This document shows positions 1 to 8,711 of a stretch of 47,713 bases of DNA, in pieces; positions within the stretch are counted from its first letter, which is position 1; the number at the start of each line of letters is the position of its first letter. The stretch is from a virus. Lineage: Duplodnaviria; Heunggongvirae; Uroviricota; Caudoviricetes. The translations under genes and the position numbers were made by a program. The stretch lies in IMG/VR virus record IMGVR_UViG_2541047774_000010; one strand, 5' to 3'. The notes under the pieces were generated by a model. It searched no databases and was not told where the DNA came from. It saw only the letters and a list, made by a program, of their open reading frames with translations.

Positions 1-14
1 GACAAGGTGGAATA

Positions 15-692
15 ATGAAGTGGGACTGGATTTTCTTTGATGCCGATGAAACGCTGTTTACCTTTGACTCATTCACCGGCCTGCAGCGGATGTTTCTTGA
101 TTACAGCGTCACCTTTACCGCTGAAGATTTTCAGGACTATCAGGCCGTTAACAAGCCACTGTGGGTGGATTATCAAAACGGCGCGATCACTTCATTACAG
201 CTTCAGCACGGGCGGTTTGAGAGCTGGGCCGAACGGCTGAAAGTTGAAGCAGGCTTGCTTAACGATGCCTTTATTAATGCGATGGCGGAAATCTGTACGC
301 CGTTGCCGGGCGCGGTTTCTCTGCTTAACGCCATTCGTGGCAACGCTAAAATCGGCATCATCACCAACGGTTTTAGCGCCTTGCAGCAAGTGCGTCTGGA
401 ACGGACGGGCCTGCGTGATTACTTCGATTTGCTGGTGATTTCCGAAGAAGTTGGCGTTGCTAAACCGAATAAGAAAATTTTCGATTATGCGCTGGAACAG
501 GCGGGCAATCCTGACCGTTCACGCGTGCTGATGGTTGGCGACACTGCCGAGTCCGATATTCTCGGTGGCATCAACGCCGGGCTTGCGACCTGCTGGCTGA
601 ATGCACACCATCGCGAGCAACCAGAAGGCATCGCGCCCACCTGGACCGTTTCTTCGTTGCATGAACTGGAGCAGCTCCTGTGTAAACACTGA
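15..692 (+). CDS. yjjG: HAD-family pyrimidine 5'-nucleotidase YjjG (host gene)
   Basis: 225-aa ORF; N-terminus [15 protein letters not shown] with the HAD DxD motif and overall sequence match E. coli YjjG as recalled. Confidence 0.93.
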   Translation: MKWDWIFFDADETLFTFDSFTGLQRMFLDYSVTFTAEDFQDYQAVNKPLWVDYQNGAITSLQLQHGRFESWAERLKVEAGLLNDAFINAMAEICTPLPGAVSLLNAIRGNAKIGIITNGFSALQQVRLERTGLRDYFDLLVISEEVGVAKPNKKIFDYALEQAGNPDRSRVLMVGDTAESDILGGINAGLATCWLNAHHREQPEGIAPTWTVSSLHELEQLLCKH

Positions 693-782
693 TTGCCTCC
701 CCCCCGTTGATGGGTAAAATAGCCGCAATTTTTCGTTTTCAACAAGCGCGGCGCGATGCCGCTTACTCAAGAAGAAAGAATT

Positions 783-857
783 ATGACGTTGTCTCCTTAT
801 TTGCAAGAGGTGGCGAAGCGCCGCACTTTTGCCATTATTTCTCACCCCAATAATTAA
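783..857 (+). pseudogene. prfC: 5' fragment of peptide chain release factor 3 gene, cut by prophage integration
   Basis: ATG at 783 encodes [22 protein letters not shown], matching the RF3 N-terminus as recalled; the frame then reads NN-stop (855-857) where AT-rich phage DNA begins. Full prfC encodes about 529 aa. Confidence 0.85.
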
Positions 858-1007
858 GCCTAAATTAAAGCTCTTTTACTTTTTCAAAGTCCTTTCAGTT
901 AATTGATGTTTGGTTTTATAAGTCATTTAAATACAGTTAGTTATGTGGCTTCTTTAATTGAAAATTCTTTCATGTAACTTTAAATCGATCAGGTTGCTTT
1001 CATCAAA

Positions 1008-1070
1008 AATCTGTACATATGCTTGTACATAATGTACAAAGCAGCAGAGGTGTTTTGCGATTTGTACAAG
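1008..1070. promoter_or_regulatory. Cluster of four TGTACA palindromic hexamers upstream of int (candidate arm-type or regulator binding sites)
   Basis: TGTACA at 1012-1017, 1025-1030, 1033-1038 and 1063-1068 in AT-rich DNA directly upstream of the int RBS (AAGGTGAG). Confidence 0.4.
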
Positions 1071-1077
1071 GTGAGTA

Positions 1078-2313
1078 ATGGCGCTGTCTGATGCGTGGTT
1101 GCGTTCAGTCGTTGGAAAGGAACGTGATAAGGTTTTGGTTAAATCCGATCGTGATGGTCTGTCTGTCAGAGTATCACCGAAAGGTCGCGTAGTGTTCCAA
1201 TATCGTTATCAATGGGCAGGGAAAGGTGAGCGCCTTGATATCGGAACTTACCCGGCAACTGGATTAAAAGAGGCCAGAGAAGAAGTTATCCGTCTCCGTG
1301 GTGAACTCGAGTCAAACCGCAATCCACGATTAGTCAAGCAGGCTGAAAAACGAAAAGCTACTGAAGCCATGACGGTAGAGTCTGTGATCCGTGCCTGGTA
1401 TGAAGCATATTGTGTAAAAAATAAAAAAGGTTCTGAACAGATACTCCGCTCGTTTGAGCTGCACCTGTTCTCTAAAATCGGGAATATCCCTCACGATGCA
1501 GCTACATTGCATGATTGGTTAGAAGTCCTGGAGCCTCTTAGCACCAAGACTCCAGCAATAGTAGACCGATTGCTAATTAACGCAAAGCAGGCTCATGTCT
1601 GGGCGTATAAGAGAAAGCTCATTGAAACTCGCCCACTGTCGGATATCACGGGTAAAGATATGGATATCCGTAAAGGTCAGAAAAAACGGTTTCTGACACA
1701 TGATGAAATTAACATCCTTTATGCTGCGATCGATGGTTCTCGAATGGTTCCTAAATACCGAGCCTTCATTAAACTATTGCTGCATTTTGGTTGCCGTAGT
1801 TCAGAGCTAATTACTGCTAGGGTGGATGATTTTGATTTCATAAATAAGGTATGGACTGTACCACCAGAACGACATAAGACTGGGGACATAACAGGCGAAC
1901 CGCTAAAGCGGCCCATTATTGAACCGGTTGAAGAGCTTATAAAATACGTTATCTCTATGAACAACGGTTCCGATATGCTTTTTACTAAGGAAGGAAGCAG
2001 GGAGCCAGTTGGTCGGACATCATTGCAGTCGCTGCCTTACAATTTAATGCAGTTCGCATGGCGACGTTTGGGGTATCAATTTCCTCATTGGTCTCTTCAT
2101 GATTTGAGACGAACAGCACGAACAAACTTTTCTGATCTTACTGCTCCTCATATTGCTGAAATAATGCTTGGTCATAAACTGCCAGGTGTATGGCAAGTTT
2201 ATGATAAGAGCGATTATCTAGAAGAACAGCGTAAAGCTTACTGGGCATGGTGGGAGAGGGTTGAATCGATCGTTACTTGTACTGACTTAATCTCCAACGG
2301 ACAGTTTGCGTAG
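1078..2313 (+). CDS. int: Phage tyrosine integrase (P4/CP4-57 type, N-terminal arm-binding domain)
   Basis: 411-aa ORF; N-terminal LSVRVSPKGRVVFQYRYQWAGKGERLDIGTYP is typical of the DUF4102 arm-binding domain; C-terminal HDLRRTARTNF catalytic region; position immediately inside the attL junction. Confidence 0.93.
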   Translation: MALSDAWLRSVVGKERDKVLVKSDRDGLSVRVSPKGRVVFQYRYQWAGKGERLDIGTYPATGLKEAREEVIRLRGELESNRNPRLVKQAEKRKATEAMTVESVIRAWYEAYCVKNKKGSEQILRSFELHLFSKIGNIPHDAATLHDWLEVLEPLSTKTPAIVDRLLINAKQAHVWAYKRKLIETRPLSDITGKDMDIRKGQKKRFLTHDEINILYAAIDGSRMVPKYRAFIKLLLHFGCRSSELITARVDDFDFINKVWTVPPERHKTGDITGEPLKRPIIEPVEELIKYVISMNNGSDMLFTKEGSREPVGRTSLQSLPYNLMQFAWRRLGYQFPHWSLHDLRRTARTNFSDLTAPHIAEIMLGHKLPGVWQVYDKSDYLEEQRKAYWAWWERVESIVTCTDLISNGQFA

Positions 2314-2471
2314 CCAGAGCGTAATCATATCTGCCAGTCCGCTGCGGATACCTTGTGTACTGGGTTTTTAGCCAGACTACGTTAACCGGTAGCTTCAGTA
2401 TTTGGGGTGTCGGCAGGAGTTTGATGGTTTATTGGGTTACTGTGGGACTAAGGATGTAGGGATGCCAATCG

Positions 2472-3605
2472 ATGAATTATGAAAAATATCATAGCACAAA
2501 CAGAAGCAAGGGTTTGCGAACCTTCTGCTACTTAATTTATTATGTGCAGGTGATTTTTAATGTGATGAAGTGTTTTATGACTCGCGGAAACTTTGATTTT
2601 ATAAACTCTAACGTGGTTTTCTCAGAAGCCGATAAGTCATTGTGGATTGATCTCATTAACACCGATTGTATTTGGTATGATATGATAATTAATCCTCCTG
2701 ATGATATAAGAACAAATAAGATAATAAAGAACTATCTCAGAATTATGGAAAAATATACGAGGGAAAGCTGTGAAAAGAGATTTATTTATTTCTTAGGTTC
2801 AAGAAAAAAAGTGAGGTTTTCAACCAAGAAACAGCCTAGGTATAACCCATTCACAAAAAATATAGTATTCACTCTGTTGATTGGCAAAGAAGAGCGAAAG
2901 CTTCGGATAAAATATTCCTTTTGCACGTTTACGCAGAATGGGGTAGTGAAGGTAACTCCAAATGTTAGAGTAACTGAGAAGTTTCTCTACATTGAATATG
3001 AAAATGGCAATTTATGTGTGATGTCAGTTCATGATTTCGTAAACGGACATTATATTGATTTAGGAATTCATACAGAAGTGCATTACGTAGGATATACACG
3101 TCATCCGCATCGGCGCCCTGTTGATTTTATTCACCGTGGCTTATCAAAGATGCTGTATAGCGTTTCAAATGACGATAATGATTTTTTTGTTTGTTTTAGT
3201 ATATTTAATCCAAGGATTATATCTCTGAATAATAAATGTAATGTGGTCTTTAATATTTCAAATTCTCTACTGGATGAAATTGATGTTGATAATGAGGGGA
3301 GAATTATTGAAAACTGCTTAATACGTTACTTTGATCCTAAGCTTCAAGATGATGACAAGGAAAGTAAAAGGTCAGATTTAAATAAAATGTTTATGGACCT
3401 GGTGGAAAATAAAAAAATTAAAAAAATATACGTTAATTTTCAATATGAAAGGAATAATGAGTATTTCTGCTTTTACTCTAAAGTTGTTCCGCCGAAATTT
3501 CATCATTTCTTTGTGTTGGATTTTTCTGATGGCAAGATAAATATTGATAGAGACCAGGATATGATGACTCAGATGGCATTGTGCATGGGGTATTATAATT
3601 ATTAA
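2472..3605 (+). CDS. Hypothetical protein, AT-rich cargo gene of unknown function (start may be internal, near 2562-2577)
   Basis: 377-aa ORF in visibly AT-rich DNA (not quantified) unlike flanking phage genes; Lys/Asn/Ile/Tyr/Phe-rich; no family recognised; possible N-terminal hydrophobic stretch CYLIYYVQVIFNV; AGGGA 10 nt upstream of ATG 2472. Confidence 0.6.
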   Translation: MNYEKYHSTNRSKGLRTFCYLIYYVQVIFNVMKCFMTRGNFDFINSNVVFSEADKSLWIDLINTDCIWYDMIINPPDDIRTNKIIKNYLRIMEKYTRESCEKRFIYFLGSRKKVRFSTKKQPRYNPFTKNIVFTLLIGKEERKLRIKYSFCTFTQNGVVKVTPNVRVTEKFLYIEYENGNLCVMSVHDFVNGHYIDLGIHTEVHYVGYTRHPHRRPVDFIHRGLSKMLYSVSNDDNDFFVCFSIFNPRIISLNNKCNVVFNISNSLLDEIDVDNEGRIIENCLIRYFDPKLQDDDKESKRSDLNKMFMDLVENKKIKKIYVNFQYERNNEYFCFYSKVVPPKFHHFFVLDFSDGKINIDRDQDMMTQMALCMGYYNY

Positions 3606-3814
3606 TATTTCGCCTGATGCCAACTCAAAATCTTTTTTGTCGCATCCATTGTGGATTAATATTCAGAGGTAAGGGGTATCTGCGGAATTTATATTTTGCA
3701 GGATGAGCATACAATACATGATATAACATCTGTTTTTGGCACAGAGCATATAGTCAGATTATGTTTAGTTCTGTGCCATAGATGGATATTATCTCACCTC
3801 TTGGCTAACTCTCA

Positions 3815-4009
3815 TTACTCAATAACTCCAGCAAATCTGTATATTTTGCGTGATGCCCATTTATTTGGGCAGGATTTAATATCAGGATCTGGAAAATCTG
3901 GCCTGTATTTCTGGCCTGTCCTCCTGTTTACGCTGTTCCAGCGAAGCACCGTCGATATTGAAACGCCACAGAATTCGGCGACTTGTTTTGTTGTCATTAA
4001 GTTGCTCAT
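3815..4009 (-). CDS. AlpA/excisionase-family HTH DNA-binding protein (putative Xis or regulator)
   Basis: 64-aa ORF with strong RBS (GGAGGGG); TKQVAEFCGVSISTVLRW helix-turn-helix followed by YRPDFPDPDIK...KIYRF, resembling the AlpA/Xis pattern. Confidence 0.5.
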   Translation of the reverse strand: MSNLMTTKQVAEFCGVSISTVLRWNSVNRRTGQKYRPDFPDPDIKSCPNKWASRKIYRFAGVIE

Positions 4010-4043
4010 TGCTACCCCTCCAGCGGTTGTTCAGTTGAAAGAC

Positions 4044-4580
4044 TCATGCGCATGTGCGTAACTCCGATAACTCGTTAAAGCGTTCCATAAACATCCCGTA
4101 GGCATGGCCTGGCGACAGTGGAATAACTTTGAACATCTCTGTGGCAGAGATGCCTTCCAGTACTGGCCAGAAAGAGCCATCATCAAGCCCGAGATCGCGG
4201 CGTTCGGTTGCCAGCATGATGAGATCGGCATATTTCACGGGTGTACTCATAACCGGGGGTAACCCGTATTTCTCACGGATTACTGTGTCTATTTTTTCTT
4301 CCATCCGTTTATAGTCAGGAAGAAAGCGTTTCAGTGGTGCGGGGATGTCCTGGCAATACGCTTCTGTTGCATCATGCATTAACGCTTCAAAAGCAAATTC
4401 CTGCGGTACCAGCTGGCTGCAAAGCACCGCATGTTGGGCGACGCTGTAGAAGTGTGAAAGATGACCGGCAAAGCGACAGATATTTGAAAGGGAAACCGCG
4501 ATATCGTTAATATCGATGTCGTCTTTATTTATCCTGTCATAATAAAAATGCTTCCCGGAAAAAGTTTTAATAAATGACAT
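4044..4580 (-). CDS. yfdR: HD-domain phosphohydrolase, YfdR-like
   Basis: 178 aa from MSFIKTF with RBS GGAGAA; H...HD motif (SVAQHA...ALMHDATEAY); length and sequence resemble CPS-53 YfdR as recalled. Confidence 0.75.
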   Translation of the reverse strand: MSFIKTFSGKHFYYDRINKDDIDINDIAVSLSNICRFAGHLSHFYSVAQHAVLCSQLVPQEFAFEALMHDATEAYCQDIPAPLKRFLPDYKRMEEKIDTVIREKYGLPPVMSTPVKYADLIMLATERRDLGLDDGSFWPVLEGISATEMFKVIPLSPGHAYGMFMERFNELSELRTCA

Positions 4581-4707
4581 TTTGTTCTCCACGTATATGC
4601 GTTGCACCGTGCTGAATTCTGGTAAAAGGAAGCCCTCACCATCTGGCGATTATTGGGTAAATTATGTTGACATAAATGCCCCCGCAGGGGCATTTGCAGT
4701 AATGAAA

Positions 4708-5532
4708 TCAGGCGGTGAAAGTACCAATAAAGGTTTCTACTTTGCTGTCTTTGAATTTCTCAACAAGCAGATCACGAAATTCGTTAGCCATTTCTTCCTG
4801 CACCGCTTCCAGCTGAATAATGCGCAGAACCAGTACAGGACGATCGCCAGTGATAATGCTGAGGCGTAATTTAAACGGACGTTCTTTCAGACCTTCAAAC
4901 GGAACGCATTTAAATTCAAATGCCACTGGCATAATGTCTTTGGTCTTCGCTTCGACAGACTCCATCAGGGAGCGTTTGCCGCTGAAGTCATTATCTTCAA
5001 AATCAGCGGTCTGGTTCGCTTCAATTGTGATTTTACGGATCGCCGCAGCCGCTTTGGTTGCCTGAATGGCGTCACCATTAGCATCAAAGCCCACAAGGTA
5101 GTCGGCCCAGTCTTCAATCCATTCTGCCAGTGACTTCTGGGAGTTACGCTCGCCGTTAACAGACAACAGGGCAGAGAACGGTGCTGTCTTTTTCAGTTTG
5201 AGAGTGGCGGTGTTATCTGCGTGACCTGGTTCATCAATAGTACCCAGGTTAAGCACACTGACTGCTCGCATATTATCGGCATCGATAAAGCAGCGGGTGC
5301 CTTCATCTGCAAGATCTTTAGAATAACGGGTAAAGTCATCGATGCTGGCAGTGGAAAGCGCACCACGGAAACGGAAGCGATTTAAATTAAATTTTTCCAG
5401 ATCATGAATGCGGAAATTCTCAGGCAATGCCACAGCATCGGCACCAATCTTACTGATAATTTCATTAACACCCTGAGCAGAAATAAGGGCATGGATTTGA
5501 TTAATTGCGGTTGCGTCTAAGTTCTGAGACAT
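4708..5532 (-). CDS. yfdQ: DUF2303-family protein, YfdQ-like
   Basis: 274-aa ORF; length and sequence resemble CPS-53 YfdQ as recalled; same gene order as yfdP-yfdQ-yfdR. Confidence 0.75.
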   Translation of the reverse strand: MSQNLDATAINQIHALISAQGVNEIISKIGADAVALPENFRIHDLEKFNLNRFRFRGALSTASIDDFTRYSKDLADEGTRCFIDADNMRAVSVLNLGTIDEPGHADNTATLKLKKTAPFSALLSVNGERNSQKSLAEWIEDWADYLVGFDANGDAIQATKAAAAIRKITIEANQTADFEDNDFSGKRSLMESVEAKTKDIMPVAFEFKCVPFEGLKERPFKLRLSIITGDRPVLVLRIIQLEAVQEEMANEFRDLLVEKFKDSKVETFIGTFTA

Positions 5533-5597
5533 AATAAGTCCTCACTATATAAAGATATTCAGTGATGAGATAAATAATCGGTTAATTAAGAACGATA

Positions 5598-5960
5598 TTA
5601 ATGACCTGCTGCGCGGAGTTTTCCGTCAGGTTCACCGGCAAGAGTCAGTAATTGTCCCTGGTCTTCCTGCAGAATAGTCAGGCGACCACCGCGATTGACA
5701 TACATCGGCGTTTCGGTGGTGTCTTCTTCGGAAATTTTCCCGCGGTTAGTCGGGCGAACATATGAGAGTTTGTGTTTGATTTTCACACGGTTCTCATCAA
5801 ATGGTTCGATTTCCAGGTTGAGTGAGACCTTACCTTTGGTTTTCGTGTTCATCACACCTGAAGCGACTTCACTGAGAACTGCGCCGATTTTGGTTTCAAA
5901 TACGCCGCCGTCCAGCTCCCCGATAAATGCCTGCACATCAGTACTGCGTTCGCTAGCCAT
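5598..5960 (-). CDS. yfdP: YfdP-like hypothetical protein
   Basis: 120 aa from MASERST with AGGAG 8 nt upstream; the track ORF extends further 5' from a TTG; position and size as for CPS-53 yfdP. Confidence 0.65.
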   Translation of the reverse strand: MASERSTDVQAFIGELDGGVFETKIGAVLSEVASGVMNTKTKGKVSLNLEIEPFDENRVKIKHKLSYVRPTNRGKISEEDTTETPMYVNRGGRLTILQEDQGQLLTLAGEPDGKLRAAGH

Positions 5961-6096
5961 TTTGCTGCTCCTCATCATATCGACCCTGCAAGGTCGGTTG
6001 GTTTCTCCACAAAACAGAGAAGAACACCTGCGGTGGCAGCCGCCCGGATGGATTGGGTTATGAGCCCGTCGTCCGGTGATGCTCTTCTCTGTTTTG

Positions 6097-6175
6097 TAAA
6101 AAGAGCGGTACCAGCCGGAAGCAAGTGTACAAACTGGTACCGCCAAAGCAGTGGCTGTTGTGGTGACCGGTGCTG
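6097..6175 (-). ncRNA. dicF: Candidate DicF-like sRNA ending in an intrinsic terminator
   Basis: Minus-strand stem GCGGTACCAG / CTGGTACCGC (plus 6133-6142 and 6106-6115) followed by a U-run; the segment TTTGGCGGTACCAGTTTGTAC matches the DicF core as I recall it (TTTGGCGGTATCAGTTTTAC) at about 18 of 20 positions. Recall-based, not verified. Confidence 0.35.
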
Positions 6176-6584
6176 ATCTCCGGCTTGCGGTTATTTCAGA
6201 CTCTCACGGGTGTTTAATTGCCCCGCCGAACAGCTCTTTTCCGCAATAGCTGCAATGTCTTTCGCGCATCAGCCTGCGCATTCACCACAACGCTGAGAGC
6301 ACTTAGCCAGTTACGGCACCACACTTTGTCGCGGTTCCATAAATGCCCTCATCGTTGCACCCTGGTCTCTTCCCAGGTGTCAAACCGAACCGCCACGCTG
6401 GTTAGGCGTCTTATCAGCATCATCATTGACTTGCACATTCCGGCTACCTGGTTTGTTTGCCCGAGCAAGGAGTGGATTGTCCCCTTTAACGTCCCCAGAC
6501 CGCTAACGACGCATGTGCCATACGCCGTGTTACAACCAAATTTTGTTAGTACCTTGTTTGTTGGTCTGGAAAGAAAGATAAAAT

Positions 6585-6630
6585 GAAGTTGCGCATTATG
6601 CAAGTGTTTTTGTTGCGAGATATGCAATTT
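6585..6630. promoter_or_regulatory. OL-like operator repeats and putative leftward early promoter
   Basis: Two 15-bp sites of form TTGCG-N5-TGCAA (TTGCGCATTATGCAA at 6589-6603, TTGCGAGATATGCAA at 6613-6627), similar to the sites between cI and cro; located just beyond the cI terminator. Confidence 0.4.
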
Positions 6631-6637
6631 GATGGGT

Positions 6638-6662
6638 AATGAAAAGCCACCTTCGGGTGGCT
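6638..6662 (-). terminator. Intrinsic terminator downstream of cI
   Basis: GCCACC-TTCG-GGTGGC hairpin followed on the minus strand by a T-run, about 20 nt after the cI stop. Confidence 0.6.
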
Positions 6663-6682
6663 AATTGATGAGGAGGTAAGGG

Positions 6683-7375
6683 TTAATTGTGTCGCTTAAG
6701 GGTTTGTGACTGGCTGATTAAGACCTTTCCAAAGACCATAAACCGGTGTTCATTTTCGCTGGTAATTCCCCATTCACGGTAAATCTGGTTATCAGAAATC
6801 ACCAGTAGTTTGTCAGGTATCATTTGCAGTCGTTTGACATAAATTTTATCATCAAAACCAAATACATAGATACCATCTCCATCAAACTGATTGATACTGA
6901 CATCAACGAAGATGAGATCTCCTGGCTCAATGGTTGGACACATACTGTCCCCACGAACGTTGATTACTTTAATGTGATTTGCTGGCCGTCCGCCAAACAT
7001 CGATACAGCATTATCAGTTCTGTATTCAATGGCATGAATCACATCAATGACATCACCGCCCTGGATAAGGCCATTTCCCGCACTGGCACTGATATCCAGC
7101 ATTTCAATACGGAATACATCCTTCACCTGCGCAACATCCTCACTAATACTGTTTTTACATACAGTATTACTTTTGAAGTCTGAGGTAAAGAGATCAGCAA
7201 TATCAACACCTAAGCTCCTGGCAATATTACTCAGGGCTTGTTCAGTGAATTGTTTCTGCTTACCTGTTTCCAGGCGCGAGATATTTGCCGCATCCACTCC
7301 TATTGCTTCAGCGAGATCGGCGATTTTCATGTTCTTCGCTTGGCGAAGTTGTCTGACTCGATTTCCTATGTTCAT
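6683..7375 (-). CDS. cI: CI-like prophage repressor (XRE HTH plus S24 LexA-type peptidase domain)
   Basis: 230 aa; N-terminal HTH (VRQLRQAKNMKIADLAEAIGVDAANISRLETG); Ala-Gly cleavage site (SASAG); C-terminal GDSMCPTIEPGDLIFVD with the Lys of the catalytic dyad; divergent from cro. Confidence 0.93.
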   Translation of the reverse strand: MNIGNRVRQLRQAKNMKIADLAEAIGVDAANISRLETGKQKQFTEQALSNIARSLGVDIADLFTSDFKSNTVCKNSISEDVAQVKDVFRIEMLDISASAGNGLIQGGDVIDVIHAIEYRTDNAVSMFGGRPANHIKVINVRGDSMCPTIEPGDLIFVDVSINQFDGDGIYVFGFDDKIYVKRLQMIPDKLLVISDNQIYREWGITSENEHRFMVFGKVLISQSQTLKRHN

Positions 7376-7395
7376 GCGTTTATTACATTTCTTTA

Positions 7396-7458
7396 TTGCG
7401 CGTTAAGCAAATCAACTTGCGCAAAATATTTGCGTGAAATAATATGCTCATCACGCAA
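7396..7458. promoter_or_regulatory. OR operator/promoter region between cI and cro
   Basis: Inverted repeats TTGCGC-N17-GCGCAA (7396-7424) and TTGCGTGA-N13-TCACGCAA (7430-7458); rightward promoter candidate TTGCGC (7417-7422), 17-nt spacer, TAATAT (7440-7445), then cro RBS GGAGG. Confidence 0.6.
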
Positions 7459-7472
7459 TATGTGGAGGTTAT

Positions 7473-7733
7473 ATGCAATCACCATTACGGAATGTGCGTA
7501 AAGCGCACGGATTTACTTTGCAGCATGTTGCTGCTGGCGTTCAGGTCAATCCAGCGACGCTGAGTCGTATTGAAAGACTGGAACAAATTCCATCTATCGA
7601 GCTTGCAGAACGTCTGGCCAATTTTTTTAAGGGTGAAATCAGCGAAATGCAGATTCTTTATCCGGCACGTTTTCAATCTAGCCAAAACCAGAATGGGTTT
7701 AAACCACAGGAACAGGAGATAAGCCGTGGGTAA
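7473..7733 (+). CDS. cro: Cro-like HTH repressor
   Basis: 86 aa; XRE-type HTH (LQHVAAGVQVNPATLSRIER); divergent from cI across the operator region. Confidence 0.85.
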   Translation: MQSPLRNVRKAHGFTLQHVAAGVQVNPATLSRIERLEQIPSIELAERLANFFKGEISEMQILYPARFQSSQNQNGFKPQEQEISRG

Positions 7734-8277
7734 GCATCACTGGAAAGTGGAAAAACAGCCTGAGTGGTACGTGAAAGCTGTCAGAAAAACTATCGCGGCG
7801 TTGCCGGGGGGTTACGCTGAAGCTGCTGAGTGGCTGGATGTAACAGAGAACGCTTTATTCAACCGCCTTCGTGCAGATGGCGATCAGATTTTCCCGCTGG
7901 GATGGGCAATGATTTTACAGCGCGCTGCTGGCACTCACTACATTGCGGATGCTGTCGCACAGTCTGCTGGTGGGGTGTTTGTATCGCTTCCTGAAATTGA
8001 GGAAGTAGAGAACGCCGATATAAACCAGCGCCTGCTGGAAGTCATCGAACAAATCGGGAGTTACTCAAAGCAGATTCGTTCGGCAATCGAAGATGGGGTA
8101 GTGGAGCCACACGAGCAGACAGCAATTAATGATGAGTTGTATCTGTCGATTTCGAAGCTCCAGGAGCATGCGGCACTGGTCTACAAAATTTTCTGCGCTC
8201 CAGAAAAGAGTGACGCCCGCGAGTGTGCAGCTCCGGGCGTCGTGGCGTTTTGTGTCTGTGGAGAAACTAACGCATGA
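7726..8277 (+). CDS. Early regulatory protein in the CII position (YdaT/CII-like); GTG start
   Basis: 183-aa ORF beginning at a GTG with AGGAG 8 nt upstream, overlapping the cro stop; the call rests mainly on position. Confidence 0.45.
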   Translation: MGKHHWKVEKQPEWYVKAVRKTIAALPGGYAEAAEWLDVTENALFNRLRADGDQIFPLGWAMILQRAAGTHYIADAVAQSAGGVFVSLPEIEEVENADINQRLLEVIEQIGSYSKQIRSAIEDGVVEPHEQTAINDELYLSISKLQEHAALVYKIFCAPEKSDARECAAPGVVAFCVCGETNA

Positions 8278-8602
8278 ACAGTTTAACGGCAAATAACCGT
8301 TTGTCGCAACAGCTGGTGGTCAGCGTCTCTGAACACCTGTTGTTACGGCATGAATGCAGATTACCAAATCACCAGGCTGTAAGTAACCACAGAGAACTTT
8401 ACCTGACTGTGGGGGGCGAGTTGTGCAGGAACTTAACCGCTGGTTTCGTGACGGAAGAGGGCTTTATGTTCATGTTATTCGTTGGGAACCAGAAACACAG
8501 CGCGTTATCTATCTTCGCAAAGACTACCCGCATGAGTGCTTTAGTCCTTTGTGGAAATTCAGGCGTGATTTTGTTGAGTGTGACGGACCACCAACACATT
8601 GA
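8274..8602 (+). pseudogene. Small early gene split by a G6 homopolymer (frame disrupted in this sequence)
   Basis: ATG 8274 with good RBS (GGAGA); frame 0 runs through G6 at 8411-8416 into non-coding-looking sequence; the protein-like continuation VQELNRWFRDGRGLYVHVIRWEPETQRVIYLRKDYPHECFSPLWKFRRDFVECDGPPTH (8423-8602) lies in the +1 frame. Confidence 0.4.
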
Positions 8603-8687
8603 TTCTGCCATTCCGGGACGTTACACTGTTCAGGCACCTTATAAAACGGGTGCCGGGCGTGGAAACCCGGAATTCACCAAAGCGCAC

Positions 8688-8711
8688 AACCGCGCTCTTG
8701 CGGTTTTTTTG
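8688..8711 (+). terminator. Intrinsic terminator (tR1-like position)
   Basis: AACCGC-GCTCTT-GCGGTT hairpin followed by T7; it lies inside the track's 8274..9425 ORF, arguing that region is not coding. Confidence 0.45.

Noticed and set aside
1330-1964. Minus-strand ORFs (60 and 81 aa) within the integrase gene
   Set aside because: They are antisense to a conserved integrase with no translation signals.
6218-6627. ORFs 6218-6586 (+) and 6349-6627 (-) in the region left of cI
   Set aside because: No RBS, non-ATG starts and odd composition; the region looks like structured noncoding DNA (hairpins, operator-like repeats).
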